A stretch of 63,796 nt of DNA, counting the filler, from Octopus bimaculoides (Eukaryota), in assembly GCF_001194135.2 (NCBI RefSeq). It is 4 parts of 4 records of this genome, joined end to end, with 100 filler letters (N's around TTAATTAATTAA, not from the genome) between each part and the next. Parts side by side here need not be neighbours in the genome. Positions count along the whole stretch, not along the records: positions 49,223 to 62,602 come from NC_068983.1; positions 62,703 to 63,796 come from NW_026389253.1; 2 more parts are not named here. One strand, 5' to 3'. The position numbers were made by a program, and so were the translations under genes. Below the pieces are notes generated by a model, which had not been told where the DNA came from, did no database searches, and saw only the letters and a program-made list of their open reading frames with translations. Shown one piece after another: positions 53,593 to 63,796 of this stretch (its first letter is position 1; every line of letters starts with the position of its first letter).

Positions 53593-55778
53593 GTGGTGTT
53601 CTGTAACATCTGCCAAATACTATGTCAAGGAACCAATCTATCACTCGAAACTTTCGCCACACCCTTTAAAGAACTAGTTTCAGTCTTTTCATTAACTTTA
53701 CAAATACCTCCTTTTCACACCTACCTACTCCTTCTCTCCTTTTCTTCTTCTCCTCTTTTCTTCTCCCCACTCTCACACATCTTTGACCCCCNNNNNNNNN
53801 NNNNNNNNNNNNNNNNNNNNNNNNNNNNNNNNNNNNNNNNNNNNNNNNNNNNNNNNNNNNNNNNNNNNNNNNNNNNNNNNNNNNNNNNNNNNNNNNNNNN
53901 NNNNNNNNNNNNNNNNNNNNNNNNNNNNNNNNNNNNNNNNNNNNNNNNNNNNNNNNNNNNNNNNNNNNNNNNNNNNNNNNNNNNNNNNNNNNNNNNNNNN
54001 NNNNNNNNNNNNNNNNNNNNNNNNNNNNNNNNNNNNNNNNNNNNNNNNNNNNNNNNNNNNNNNNNNNNNNNCAGATGTCCGCCTTCACTAAATCACAATA
54101 ACTCCATATACATAAAACTACACAATTCTGTCTTTGTTAGTCTCACTCTTATTGGATTTCTTCATTCCCTTTCTTTTCTCTTTTTTTTTTTTTATCCCCT
54201 CGAAGAGAATCTATCTGTTCCTCTGGAATATGTAACGACGTTACCACACGACTTTTCATAAGCTGGAGTATAGATATTTTATCCCACGTACAAATGCAAG
54301 AGAGTAAGTTACTTGGCCGTTTCTAATCAGATAAATCCATCAACACTTTTTAAAGTATTGGGAATTATGAGTAGTGATGTTCATTAGTGATGTTCGTTGA
54401 TACATAATGTCCCATATAACTTCTAGTGTCATGAAGAAAAAGAAAAAAGAAAGAAGAAAAGTGGGAGAGCGATTACTTAATGTCTCTTTGAAAACGTAAA
54501 CATGATTAGATCGCCAGTTTGAGGAGGAAAAATGAACGATTTGGTAGTTCGTTCAACTGATTAGTTAAGGTCTTATAAGAGATCACAATTGACCTGAGGC
54601 TTAAGCGACATCACGGGCTCCTCACATATTGCGTCTTTTCGTAATGTTTGAGGTGGAGGACTGAAAGATTTATATTCAGGTTGTTACTGAAATGGAAGTT
54701 TGAAGGACCTTTTTTTCAAGTTACTACTTGAAAGTCGAGTTAGTTTGCTTCAGGTCAGTCTTGAATAAGCAAACATATGATCAAAAGCGTTCCAGCCGAG
54801 ACCACTCTATCTTGTTTACAAGTATAGTGTGTATAGAGCTATATCATCAACTGTCTTTTTTCTTTTTCTTAAGATGATAAGGGGTGATCTGTAGGTAGAT
54901 TTGGCTACTATTTCCTACAGGACGTGTGACCTTATATATGCTTCGTCGTTGGTTGGTTCGTATTCTCGTTTGATAGCCAAGTGTTTCTCACTGAGACAGC
55001 ATGAAGATAGAAAAAAGGTCGGACAAAATGGTTTCCCACTTTAACCTTGTCCACCACAATAGCGAAGAGAGAAGAATTATATGTATTATATGTCTTATCT
55101 TGGGCCATCACATCCAGTGTTCCCCTTTCCTTATTCAATACGGTAGTGTTAGGGAGATTTGACTGCTATTTCATGCAGATCAAACCACGTAAATGTCACC
55201 TTCTTTGTTGTTGTTGGTTAACCTCAGGTCGGCTCTAAAGGAGGAGACATGTTCAAAGCCCACCCAGCTATAACCATTTCATTATATTTTACACACTCAC
55301 ACACACACACGTATGTACATATATATATATATATATATANNNNNNNNNNNNNNNNNNNNNNNNNNNNNNNNNNNNNNNNNNNNNNNNNNNNNNNNNNNNN
55401 NNNNNNNNNNNNNNNNNNNNNNNNNNNNNNNNNNNNNNNNNNNNNNNNNNNNNNNNNNNNNNNNNNNNNNNNNNNNNNNNNNNNNNNNNNNNNNNNNNNN
55501 NNNNNNNNNNNNNNNNNNNNNNNNNNNNNNNNNNNNNNNNNNNNNNNNNNNNNNNNNNNNNNNNNNNNNNNNNNNNNNNNNNNNNNNNNNNNNNNNNNNN
55601 NNNNNNNNNNNNNNNNNNNNNNNNNNNNNNNNNNNNNNNNNNNNNNNNNNNNNNNNNNNNNNNNNNNNNNNNNNNNNNNNNNNNNNNNNNNNNNNNNNNN
55701 NNNNNNNNNNNNNNNNNNNNNNNNNNNNNNNNNNNNNNNNNCAGGACTGCATATTTTCCGTAGAGTAAGTAAATAATA

Positions 55779-55922
55779 GTATTAATAATAATGATGAGAA
55801 CGGAAATTTTTCACATCCATTATTTTATTTAACAGTTATTTACAGCATCTTTAAATAAAATTATAAAATAATTAAAATTATGGATGTAAAAAAATCTCCG
55901 TTCTCCTTATCATTATTAATAC
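55779..55922. repeat. ~145-bp hairpin, possibly a MITE
   Basis: ~50-bp arms gtattaataat..gagaacgg..catccat and their reverse complement. Confidence 0.8.
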
Positions 55923-56565
55923 CCTTGTGGTCAATAAAAGAAATCATTATCAACACTATATATATACAAAAACTACCTAGGACTATATTTTACAATTTTC
56001 TATTTTAAGACTGTACGGTGACTGGAGAAGATTTGGCTACTATTTTTAGCAGGACGAATGGCTACGGAGAAGTTCTCGCATTTGGTTGTGTGCGCATGCG
56101 AGTGTGTGTCGTTTTTGTTGTTGCTGTTGTTATTGCTTAGCCCGAAGACAACCCTAGTCGGGCCAGCTTATAATCCTTAGCAGTCCAGTCATGACCATCC
56201 CGACTTTTCTCTTTACACAGTAACCTCAGGAAGACCACATTATCCAATGCGTTTTTTTTTTCTTTCATCAATTTCAAGACACATCCCGCGGATGCTCTGA
56301 GATGCATTATCAAAGATGATTCTGGTGGGGGTCTCCGAAATGAGGTTCGAATCCTTCAAGATCAGAAACGCCTTCGCCAAGTTGACCCAACTGGGATTGA
56401 TCTAGACCCAGCTTGCATCCCAGAAGCATCAAACCAATAGTCTACCCTCTTATCCCAAAGCCATTTCATGACCTTCTCTACAGCCTCGGCGATGGAATTC
56501 ATGGCCCACCTCTTTCCTGCATAAGTAATTCCAAAGTCTAATCAGAGCTTTGCAGAATGAACATG

Positions 56566-56951
56566 TTGGCACTCCGTCGCTTACGACGTCGAGGGTTCCA
56601 GTCGATCCGATCAACGGAACAGCCTGCTCGTGAAATTAACGTGCAAGTGGCTGAGCATTCCACAGACACGTGTACCCTTAACGTAGTTCTCGGGGATATT
56701 CAGCGTGACACAGTGTGACAAGGCTGACCCTTTGAATTACAGGCACAACAGAAACAGGAAGAAAGAATGAGAGAAAGTTGTGGTGGAAGAGTACAGCAGG
56801 GTTCGCCACCATCCCCTGCCGGAGCCTCGTGGAGCTTTTTTTAGGTGTTTTCGCTCAATAAACACTCACAACGCCCGGTCTGGGAATCGAAACCGCGATC
56901 CTATGACCGCGAGTCCGCTGCTCTAACCACTGGGCCATTGCGCCTCCACTT
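56566..56951 (-). mobile_element. SINE family C, full length, with an 11-bp TSD
   Basis: A-box tggcccagtgg, B-box ggtttcgattcc; TSD gaatgaacatg at 56555-56565 and 56952-56962. Confidence 0.95.
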
Positions 56952-57494
56952 GAATGAACATGATACACTAGCTAAAGACGCGCTCGTCTAATTGTGATTA
57001 GATGAGATCGGAACCCGTTGCTTTAGACACTGCATATCCTAACCATGCAATCAGACGGTCCAACAAAAGTAAAAGTAATTGCAACACCAAGGTGTATTTA
57101 TATGTGTAAAACATGTATAACGATGAGGGATATTTGGCTGTAGTTTTTACCAGGTCCAGCGGCCAATCAGAGACTTCTCTGTTGACGCTGTTGCCGTTGC
57201 TGTCGTAATCAGTGTTCTTTGTTTTTATATTTTCCTGTTTTTATTTTCTTTATGTTTTTTTTCCACACCACCACCACCAACCACCACCACCACCACCACC
57301 ACTTCTCGCTTCTTTCTCTTCCTTCATCAGTTCACTCTCTCGTTCTCTTGTCTTTTCCTCACTCGTTCTTTTCCATCAGCTTTACAATCTCTACTGTTGA
57401 TGTTTCAAATGAAACAAAGTTGACAGTTTTCCATTATCTCAATCTTGCTATTTCTCCACCTCCCCTTCTCTCTTCCTCTCATTCTCTCATTCAC

Positions 57495-57560
<66 letters not shown>

Positions 57561-59426
57561 CGTGCGCGCGCACGTATGTATGTATGTGTATGCGCGCACA
57601 CACACACTCCCTAATTACTTTGTTCTTTCCCTTTTTTCTAACATCCCTTCTCTTTCTCTCTTTTTCTCTCTCTTTCTCTCTCTCACACGCACACACACAC
57701 ATGTACACATACACACACACATACACACAATACACCTACATATGCACACACACACACACACGCTAATGAACATTTAAAAAAAATTACAAGTGCAATCATG
57801 TTCATACATACAAACACACAAACGCATGTACAGAAACATTCAGACACAAACTATGCGTACACTAAAACTAAAAACATGCATAAACAAACACACAGAAACA
57901 CGAACACATAATACACAACAAATACATACACAAACTAACAGAGAGCAGAGAGAGAGAGAGAAAGAGAAAGAGAAAGAGAGGGAGAGATGAACTACTAAAA
58001 GTTAAATTGAAGAAACTTTACTTCTATCCCACCAGCACGTGCTTCCAAGCTTTCCAAATATTGAAATGATTACAAATAAAAGCCTTATAACAACAACAAC
58101 AGCAACAAAAAGTGAAAAATAAGTAGACGCGAAAAGAAGCGAAAAGAAAGAAGGATATTTAATCTAAAGCTGTTACTCTGCCGATATCGTTCTAACACAG
58201 CCGATTATTTTGATATGCGTCTGTCGTGAGGTCATGCGTTATCAAAACTCAAATAACTCAAACGCAAAACGTTCTAGTTGAGGTTTGTTCGTCGACAACT
58301 TAACTTTGGTGGCGTTTTTATCTATGTTTAAGAGTGTCGAGAAGCTGGAGAGTGAACCACTTAATATAGCGTTGTTGTTGCTCTTGTTGCCGCTGCTACT
58401 GTTTAGCTCCAAGCCTCTACCACAGTCATGAGCAAACTGCAGCCCACGGAAGTTTCTGAATGGCATGCCAAGCGAAAAATTACCTATTTTTCTTCCTGGT
58501 AGTACGACCATGTCTCATGCGGACCGCTTCTCGAAAAAGGTTGCACATACTTGCCGAGTCCGTTTTAAGCCAGATATCTATGTTCAAATTGGGCCACGCG
58601 CATATATTTGAGCAGAGGAAAGCTGTGATGAGTTTTTAGTATATCGTTATGGCCAATGGTCGAGCCTCAAGCCCTCAACGCTTTTTGATTGGGACTGGCG
58701 TACTACACAAAGCATAACACATCAATCTTCAGCTTTTGTAAGAGTAGAGAGTCCCATTAGCGATTCTCTAACTGAGCCTCGCACTTCCTAGCGCCGGCCC
58801 TCCATACTTGCTCTACCACCTCCAAAAGAAGATCTAATCGAGAAAACTTATGATCAGGGGCAATGCAACCGTGATCACCCCTTTCTTTTTAGAGGTATTT
58901 AGCATTACATTTTCAAATGTCTCTTTCCCTTATTTAAGACGGTAGAATTTGGTTTGAGGAAGGATTTGACTGCTATTTTTTGTACTTCAAGCGACCACAT
59001 AGGGACTCTCTCTAATATAGCATCTCCCAACCAGAGCTCTCGAAAACTCTAAATTCCGTGAGAAGTCGCAAATGGTTAATGAGAAATAATAGTAAATTCT
59101 TAAAACCTTTCAAGACAGTGCCTCAGTGTGGCCGCACTCCAATGACTGAAACAAGTAAAAGATAAAAGATAAACCTACCACAGTATTGACAAGATACAAG
59201 GAAGACATGGTAGAAAATATAAAACAACACCCAAATATAACAATTACCGGTACTGCATTTGGCCAACAGAAAGAAACAATAATGCTGTACAAAGAATACA
59301 TTAGATTGATCGCGGATTCTTCTAGAAACCATACTCCCTTCACAATAGATCACAATAAACTACAAATTACACACAACAGTGCATAACGCATTGTCGCTAT
59401 ATCTAGACAACAAAGCAAAAATATCA

Positions 59427-59637
59427 GTTTCAAATTTTGGCACAAAGCCAGCAATTTTAGGGAGGAGTAAGTCGATTATATAGACCCCAATGTTCAACTG
59501 GTACTTATTTTATTGACCCCGAGACGATAAAAGGCAAAGTCGACATCGGCAGAATTTGAACTCAGAACGTAAAGACGGATGAAATACTGCTTAGTATTTT
59601 GCCCGGCATGCTAACGATCCTGCCAGCTCGCCGCTTT
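59427..59637 (-). mobile_element. SINE family B, full length, with a 20-bp TSD
   Basis: TSD acaacaaagcaaaaatatca at 59407-59426 and 59638-59657. Confidence 0.95.
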
Positions 59638-59879
59638 ACAACAAAGCAAAAATATCAAAACTGGAAGACCACCTGGTTGGTTATGCAAGGGCACTGTTTC
59701 TTGCTGTATCAACCTTCAAACTCTACAGTCGCTGCCACTACGAAAGAAAATCCACATCACTTGTTGGACTGTGCAGTGCAGCCCTTTGTTAAATAGAGAT
59801 AGGGTATAACTGGAAGTTGGACATGTGGATTATTTGGCGATCTGCGTGGCATAAGGCTTCACTTATCTATGTTATCTTG

Positions 59880-60190
59880 GGATTAAACAACTCCACTACC
59901 ATCAGCATCACTACAACGCATCACCACTATTACAACAGCACCACTTAATTACCGCAACCACTACCATATTCACCACCAATAACCACACTACCATCGCCAC
60001 AATATCACCACCACCACTACTACTTCCATTACAGCTACTACTATCACCGTCACTACTACTAACATCACAATCACGACCATTTTCAAAACACCACCAGCGG
60101 CATCACTACCGCAATCACAACATCATCACCTTCACTATCGCCACAACTATCAGCATCACCACCACAAACAACAACAGCATCACTTCCACC
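59880..60190. repeat. Degenerate (CAC/CAT/TAC)n low-complexity tract
   Basis: Directly visible. Confidence 0.85.
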
Positions 60191-60409
60191 GACCTAGAAG
60201 AAAGTGAGATAATGGATTACAAACAAAAACCTGCAGTGGCAGAAAAATAACTTGTCATTTTTCAAGTAACAACAATATACAGTTTATGTTCTCTAACTGT
60301 CATCTTACTCTCACTTTATCGTTCGTTCGTTCATTCACTCATAAACTATCACTCAGAGTACTCACTCATTATCATTCTATCACTCACTTGCATGCATTAC
60401 AATTTAATT

Positions 60410-61330
60410 AGACTTCTTTTCAAAGTAGTTCCTTCCATTTAAGGATACACTCCTCTCAAAGTTTTCCGAAATTTAGAACGCATTTTGAGACATTTTTCAG
60501 GAGTAGTACAGTTTTCGTAGTGAACTTTCTTCGACGTTTCTAATGTCTAAAATTAGCGATGTCTCAAGTTGAATTTCAACTTCGGAGACAAAATGTAGCC
60601 CCCCCCCCCCGGGGTCAAATCTGGAGAGTAGGGTGGTCAGAGGCTGAGAGTTGTCTCGTACTTTGCCAAATGAGTCACGGTTGAATGCCACGTGAACAAG
60701 TGTATTGGCGTCGCTTCGTTTGTCCATATTTGACATCTCTTCTTTGCACATTTCACTCGAACGCTTGAAGACACCCAGCTAAACTCTATTGATCATCTGA
60801 TCACGTGGAACAAACTCCAAATGGACGACACCCTTCAAATAAAAAGAAAAACGATCGATATTTGAGTGACTATGGTTGCATCTACGATGATCCAACCCAT
60901 TCAACGTCGACTGTTTTTTTTTTCGACCTTGTTGCCGTATGCGTTTCGTCACTATGACACTTTTGGGGTCAGTTTTCATTAGTTCGAACGATCAGTGCCT
61001 GTAACTCGGTTATCTTTTTATTGCAGAAACGCGATGCACCTTCCTTTTTTCTAAAAAAAAAAAAAAAAACTGCATGGCACAAACATCTAAAGACGCCTAC
61101 TTCTTTGAAAACTTTATGGATGATCAGGCGACGAGTTTCGTGGATCACAACACACACTTATCGCAATATGATAGCTGTCTGTTGTTGTGGAAAGCTTATC
61201 AAGATTTGGGGTTTGTCTTCGGTGGATGCTGTTTTCTGTTTAAAACGCTGGTACTTCTCGTAATATTGTGTAAGATTCAAATATTTGTTCTCATCGGCTT
61301 TGTCGCAACATTAGAAAAGTCTGCGTTGAA
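60410..61330 (-). mobile_element. Degenerate mariner transposase (second, older family)
   Basis: Fragments ETRRLIIHKVFKEVGV, ASRFCNKKIT, FYLKGVVHLEFVPRDQMIN and a terminal GRNYF (EGDYFE-like) segment. Confidence 0.8.
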
Positions 61331-61491
61331 ATTCCCCCTGCACACGCGCGCACAAGCGCGCTATTTCAAACAGAATTTCATTCAAACATATTGGTCCTCT
61401 ACATAACTACATAACTTCATTGTTCAACTTGTAATAAACCAAGTACACTAAACATACGTTCACTCGAGCAAGAACGATCAATGATATAGGG

Positions 61492-61806
61492 CAGGGGTTT
61501 TCAAACTGTGGTCCGCGGACCACAGGGGGTCCGCGGACCACAGGGGGTCCGCAAGGACAAGACAGGGGGTCCGTGGACAGCAAATACTTTTTATGGGCAA
61601 TTTGATTTTATACATGTTTTTTAATCGAAATCTTTTAATTGACAATAAACCTATTTGGTAAATATTGTTAAATAAATAAATGTAAAAATATATGCTATTT
61701 TAAGCAAATATTTATGTATAAATTTCATAAGCGTTTATAAGGGGGTCCCTAAGGTAAAGCCTGAAATATAAAGGGGTCCGCAAGTCAAAAAGTTTGAAAA
61801 CCCCTG
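61492..61806. mobile_element. hAT (Charlie-like) MITE, 315 bp
   Basis: Perfect 16-bp TIRs caggggttttcaaact / agtttgaaaacccctg; perfect 8-bp TSD atataggg at 61484-91 and 61807-14. Confidence 0.97.
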
Positions 61807-62321
61807 ATATAGGGGTGATATAGCTATTATCAAATTGAACATAGTGACACTGCACTGCATTAATGCTGTGCCGGCTCGTTTTCTTTTTAATTCTTTTATT
61901 GATTTCAGTTATTGACAGCAGCTTTGTTGAGGCACCACTTTAAATGGTTTTAGTTACTTATATCGACCTCATCACATATTTCAGTGTGGTGCTTATTTTA
62001 TCACTCTTTGTCGTACGCGTAGCTTGTGTACGGGGTATAAAAGGATGCCACTTGACACATTAACACTAGTAAAAACAACCACTGACACGTACGTGCGCGT
62101 GCACACACTCTCATACACACACATACACACTCATGCACACAGACACACACACATACATATGCCTCTATATGTGTTCGTATGTAAGTGTTGTGTCTGTTTC
62201 TGCATGTATGAGTGTATGCGACTGTGTGTGCGAGTTTGCTTCCATTATCTCCCATGATAGTATTTTGAAGAAGTGACTGATGTCAAACATTACATCATAC
62301 CTTGTGATATAAGTGTGTATA

Positions 62322-62450
62322 TCTTAATATATAAATCTGAAATTGTGTGTTTGTGTGAAGCCTTTTTGAAAGTTTATAGAAATCCACATTTTCCACTTTT
62401 TCGTAAAATTTTTTACATCAATGGAATTTTCTCGATCTGAACTTTCCAGT
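62322..62450 (+). mobile_element. Possible non-autonomous Helitron 5' end
   Basis: a|tcttaatatataaatctgaaattgtgtgtttgtgtg resembles a TC-start Helitron terminus; no 3' end seen. Confidence 0.35.
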
Positions 62451-63009
62451 GCAGTAATTAGATTTTTTAAATTCCGTTTACTTTGTGCGATTTAAGGGAG
62501 ATTTGGCTGTTGTTTCTAGCAACTTTTATATTTCATCCCTTCTACCTGGAACGCAATTCTTACACACGCGCTCAACATAAAAATATAGAGAGTAAGAGTT
62601 AANNNNNNNNNNNNNNNNNNNNNNNNNNNNNNNNNNNNNNNNNNNNTTAATTAATTAANNNNNNNNNNNNNNNNNNNNNNNNNNNNNNNNNNNNNNNNNN
62701 NNTATGCCTAAAGTCATTGGATTACCTGGGATTGCCAGGATTTCGAATAGGCAAAAAGACATTTAATTCGAACAACGCGGCAAATTTAGCGATGTTGTAA
62801 ATTCAATTTTTGAAAAAGGAAATATTTGAAAATTACGACAACTGGATTATACTACGAGCACCACCAATTGTGAACTATTATTGGATTACCTATATTGGAG
62901 TACACAGGACTGGTCAGGTGTTCAAATACGCCAGAGGACAGACATTTAACTGTGAACTTTGTTTTTTCTTTTTCTTTTTACGTTTGTTTATTATTTTTTG
63001 CAGTTAAAA

Positions 63010-63796
63010 TATGAACAATAGAAAAAACAATACTGCTTTGGTGTGGGAAATTAACCCACCCCAAAATGGGTGACAGATTTGGAAAGGAGGACGGTGGTTC
63101 TAAGGACTTATTCAAAGTCCTTGGATACCATTGTCCCCTTTCCTAGGCTAGAAATAGAAAAGGAGCTGACGGAGTACATGCCGATGATAAAGCACATCGC
63201 CAGGGGTTCCAATTATTCAACCATATGGTTGCTGTTTGGAACCCCGGAGATGGCGTGTAAGTTCACCAGTCAGGCCCTGGATGGGGAAAAAATTTTATTT
63301 CTCCCCTCTTATTGTGGGAGAAAATGTAAGCGGGCGTTTGTCTGCGGATTGCCACCGGGTTTAAAAGAAAGTTGGTTGGCCGAAACCATCCAAAGGGGAC
63401 TTGGTGGCACCAGAGACACTAACTTGTTAAATGTAAAATTGTTGCCATCTGCTGACTGGGTTGGGGCTAAGGCCATATTAACGTTGTGGACCCAGTTAGA
63501 CGATGACAGTGTGGTCTTTCCAGACTAGTTGACCATGGCATGTTCTAGGTATCCTGTAATCCTTGAAGGATGACTTCCGAAATGTTACGGATGCCTGGAG
63601 CCTGGTCATTTGCAGAAGAATTGTCGCCGAGACACGTAAGTGACCCAGGAGCAGACACCCATTAAAAAAATTAGTCCTACTATGCCGGAAAAAAAGTAGG
63701 GTAAAGAAAGTGTGCCCGTCGATCCCCCATTGGAGGAGGAGATGGTGAATAGAAAAAGAAAGATGAGCAACGTCAGTTGCTCACCACCTAAAGAGC
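63010..63796 (+). mobile_element. ORF1 (gag-like) remnant, probably an L1/Tx1-type LINE
   Basis: 152-aa ORF at 63070-63528 continues in frame past two stops to the CCHC knuckle CYGCLEPGHLQKNC (63583-63624); runs off the window end. Confidence 0.75.

Noticed and set aside
56870-56949. tRNA gene calls at SINE heads (also ~18110-18188, 21672, 32690-32768)
   Set aside because: They have A/B boxes but no complete cloverleaf, and they continue into multi-copy SINE bodies with tails or TSDs.
58623-58775. C/D snoRNA (gtgatga ... ctga)
   Set aside because: No terminal stem or recognisable rRNA-complementary guide; the boxes alone are too weak.

Overview
AT-rich eukaryotic draft-assembly DNA, about 10% N in 16 gaps, most of them flanked by microsatellites. 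The SINE families and extreme microsatellite load look like an octopus genome (inference from recalled sequences, not a database match). I found no confident host protein-coding gene: nearly every ORF in the supplied track is a microsatellite or N-gap artefact. The recognisable content is decayed transposable elements: two Penelope-like retroelements, CR1-like, RTE-like, R4/Dong-like and L1/Tx1-like LINE fragments, two mariner transposase remnants, a hAT transposase remnant, a Helitron helicase remnant, a young hAT MITE with a perfect 8-bp TSD, and more than 20 SINE copies from several families. The best lead is a candidate type I hammerhead ribozyme (34240-34295) in the loop of a ~410-bp inverted repeat, next to a near-perfect 187-bp palindrome. 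Other leads are an apparently (ATAC)n-associated RLE-type LINE family, an element embedded in (ATT)n, and a mariner ORF terminated by a SINE tail.
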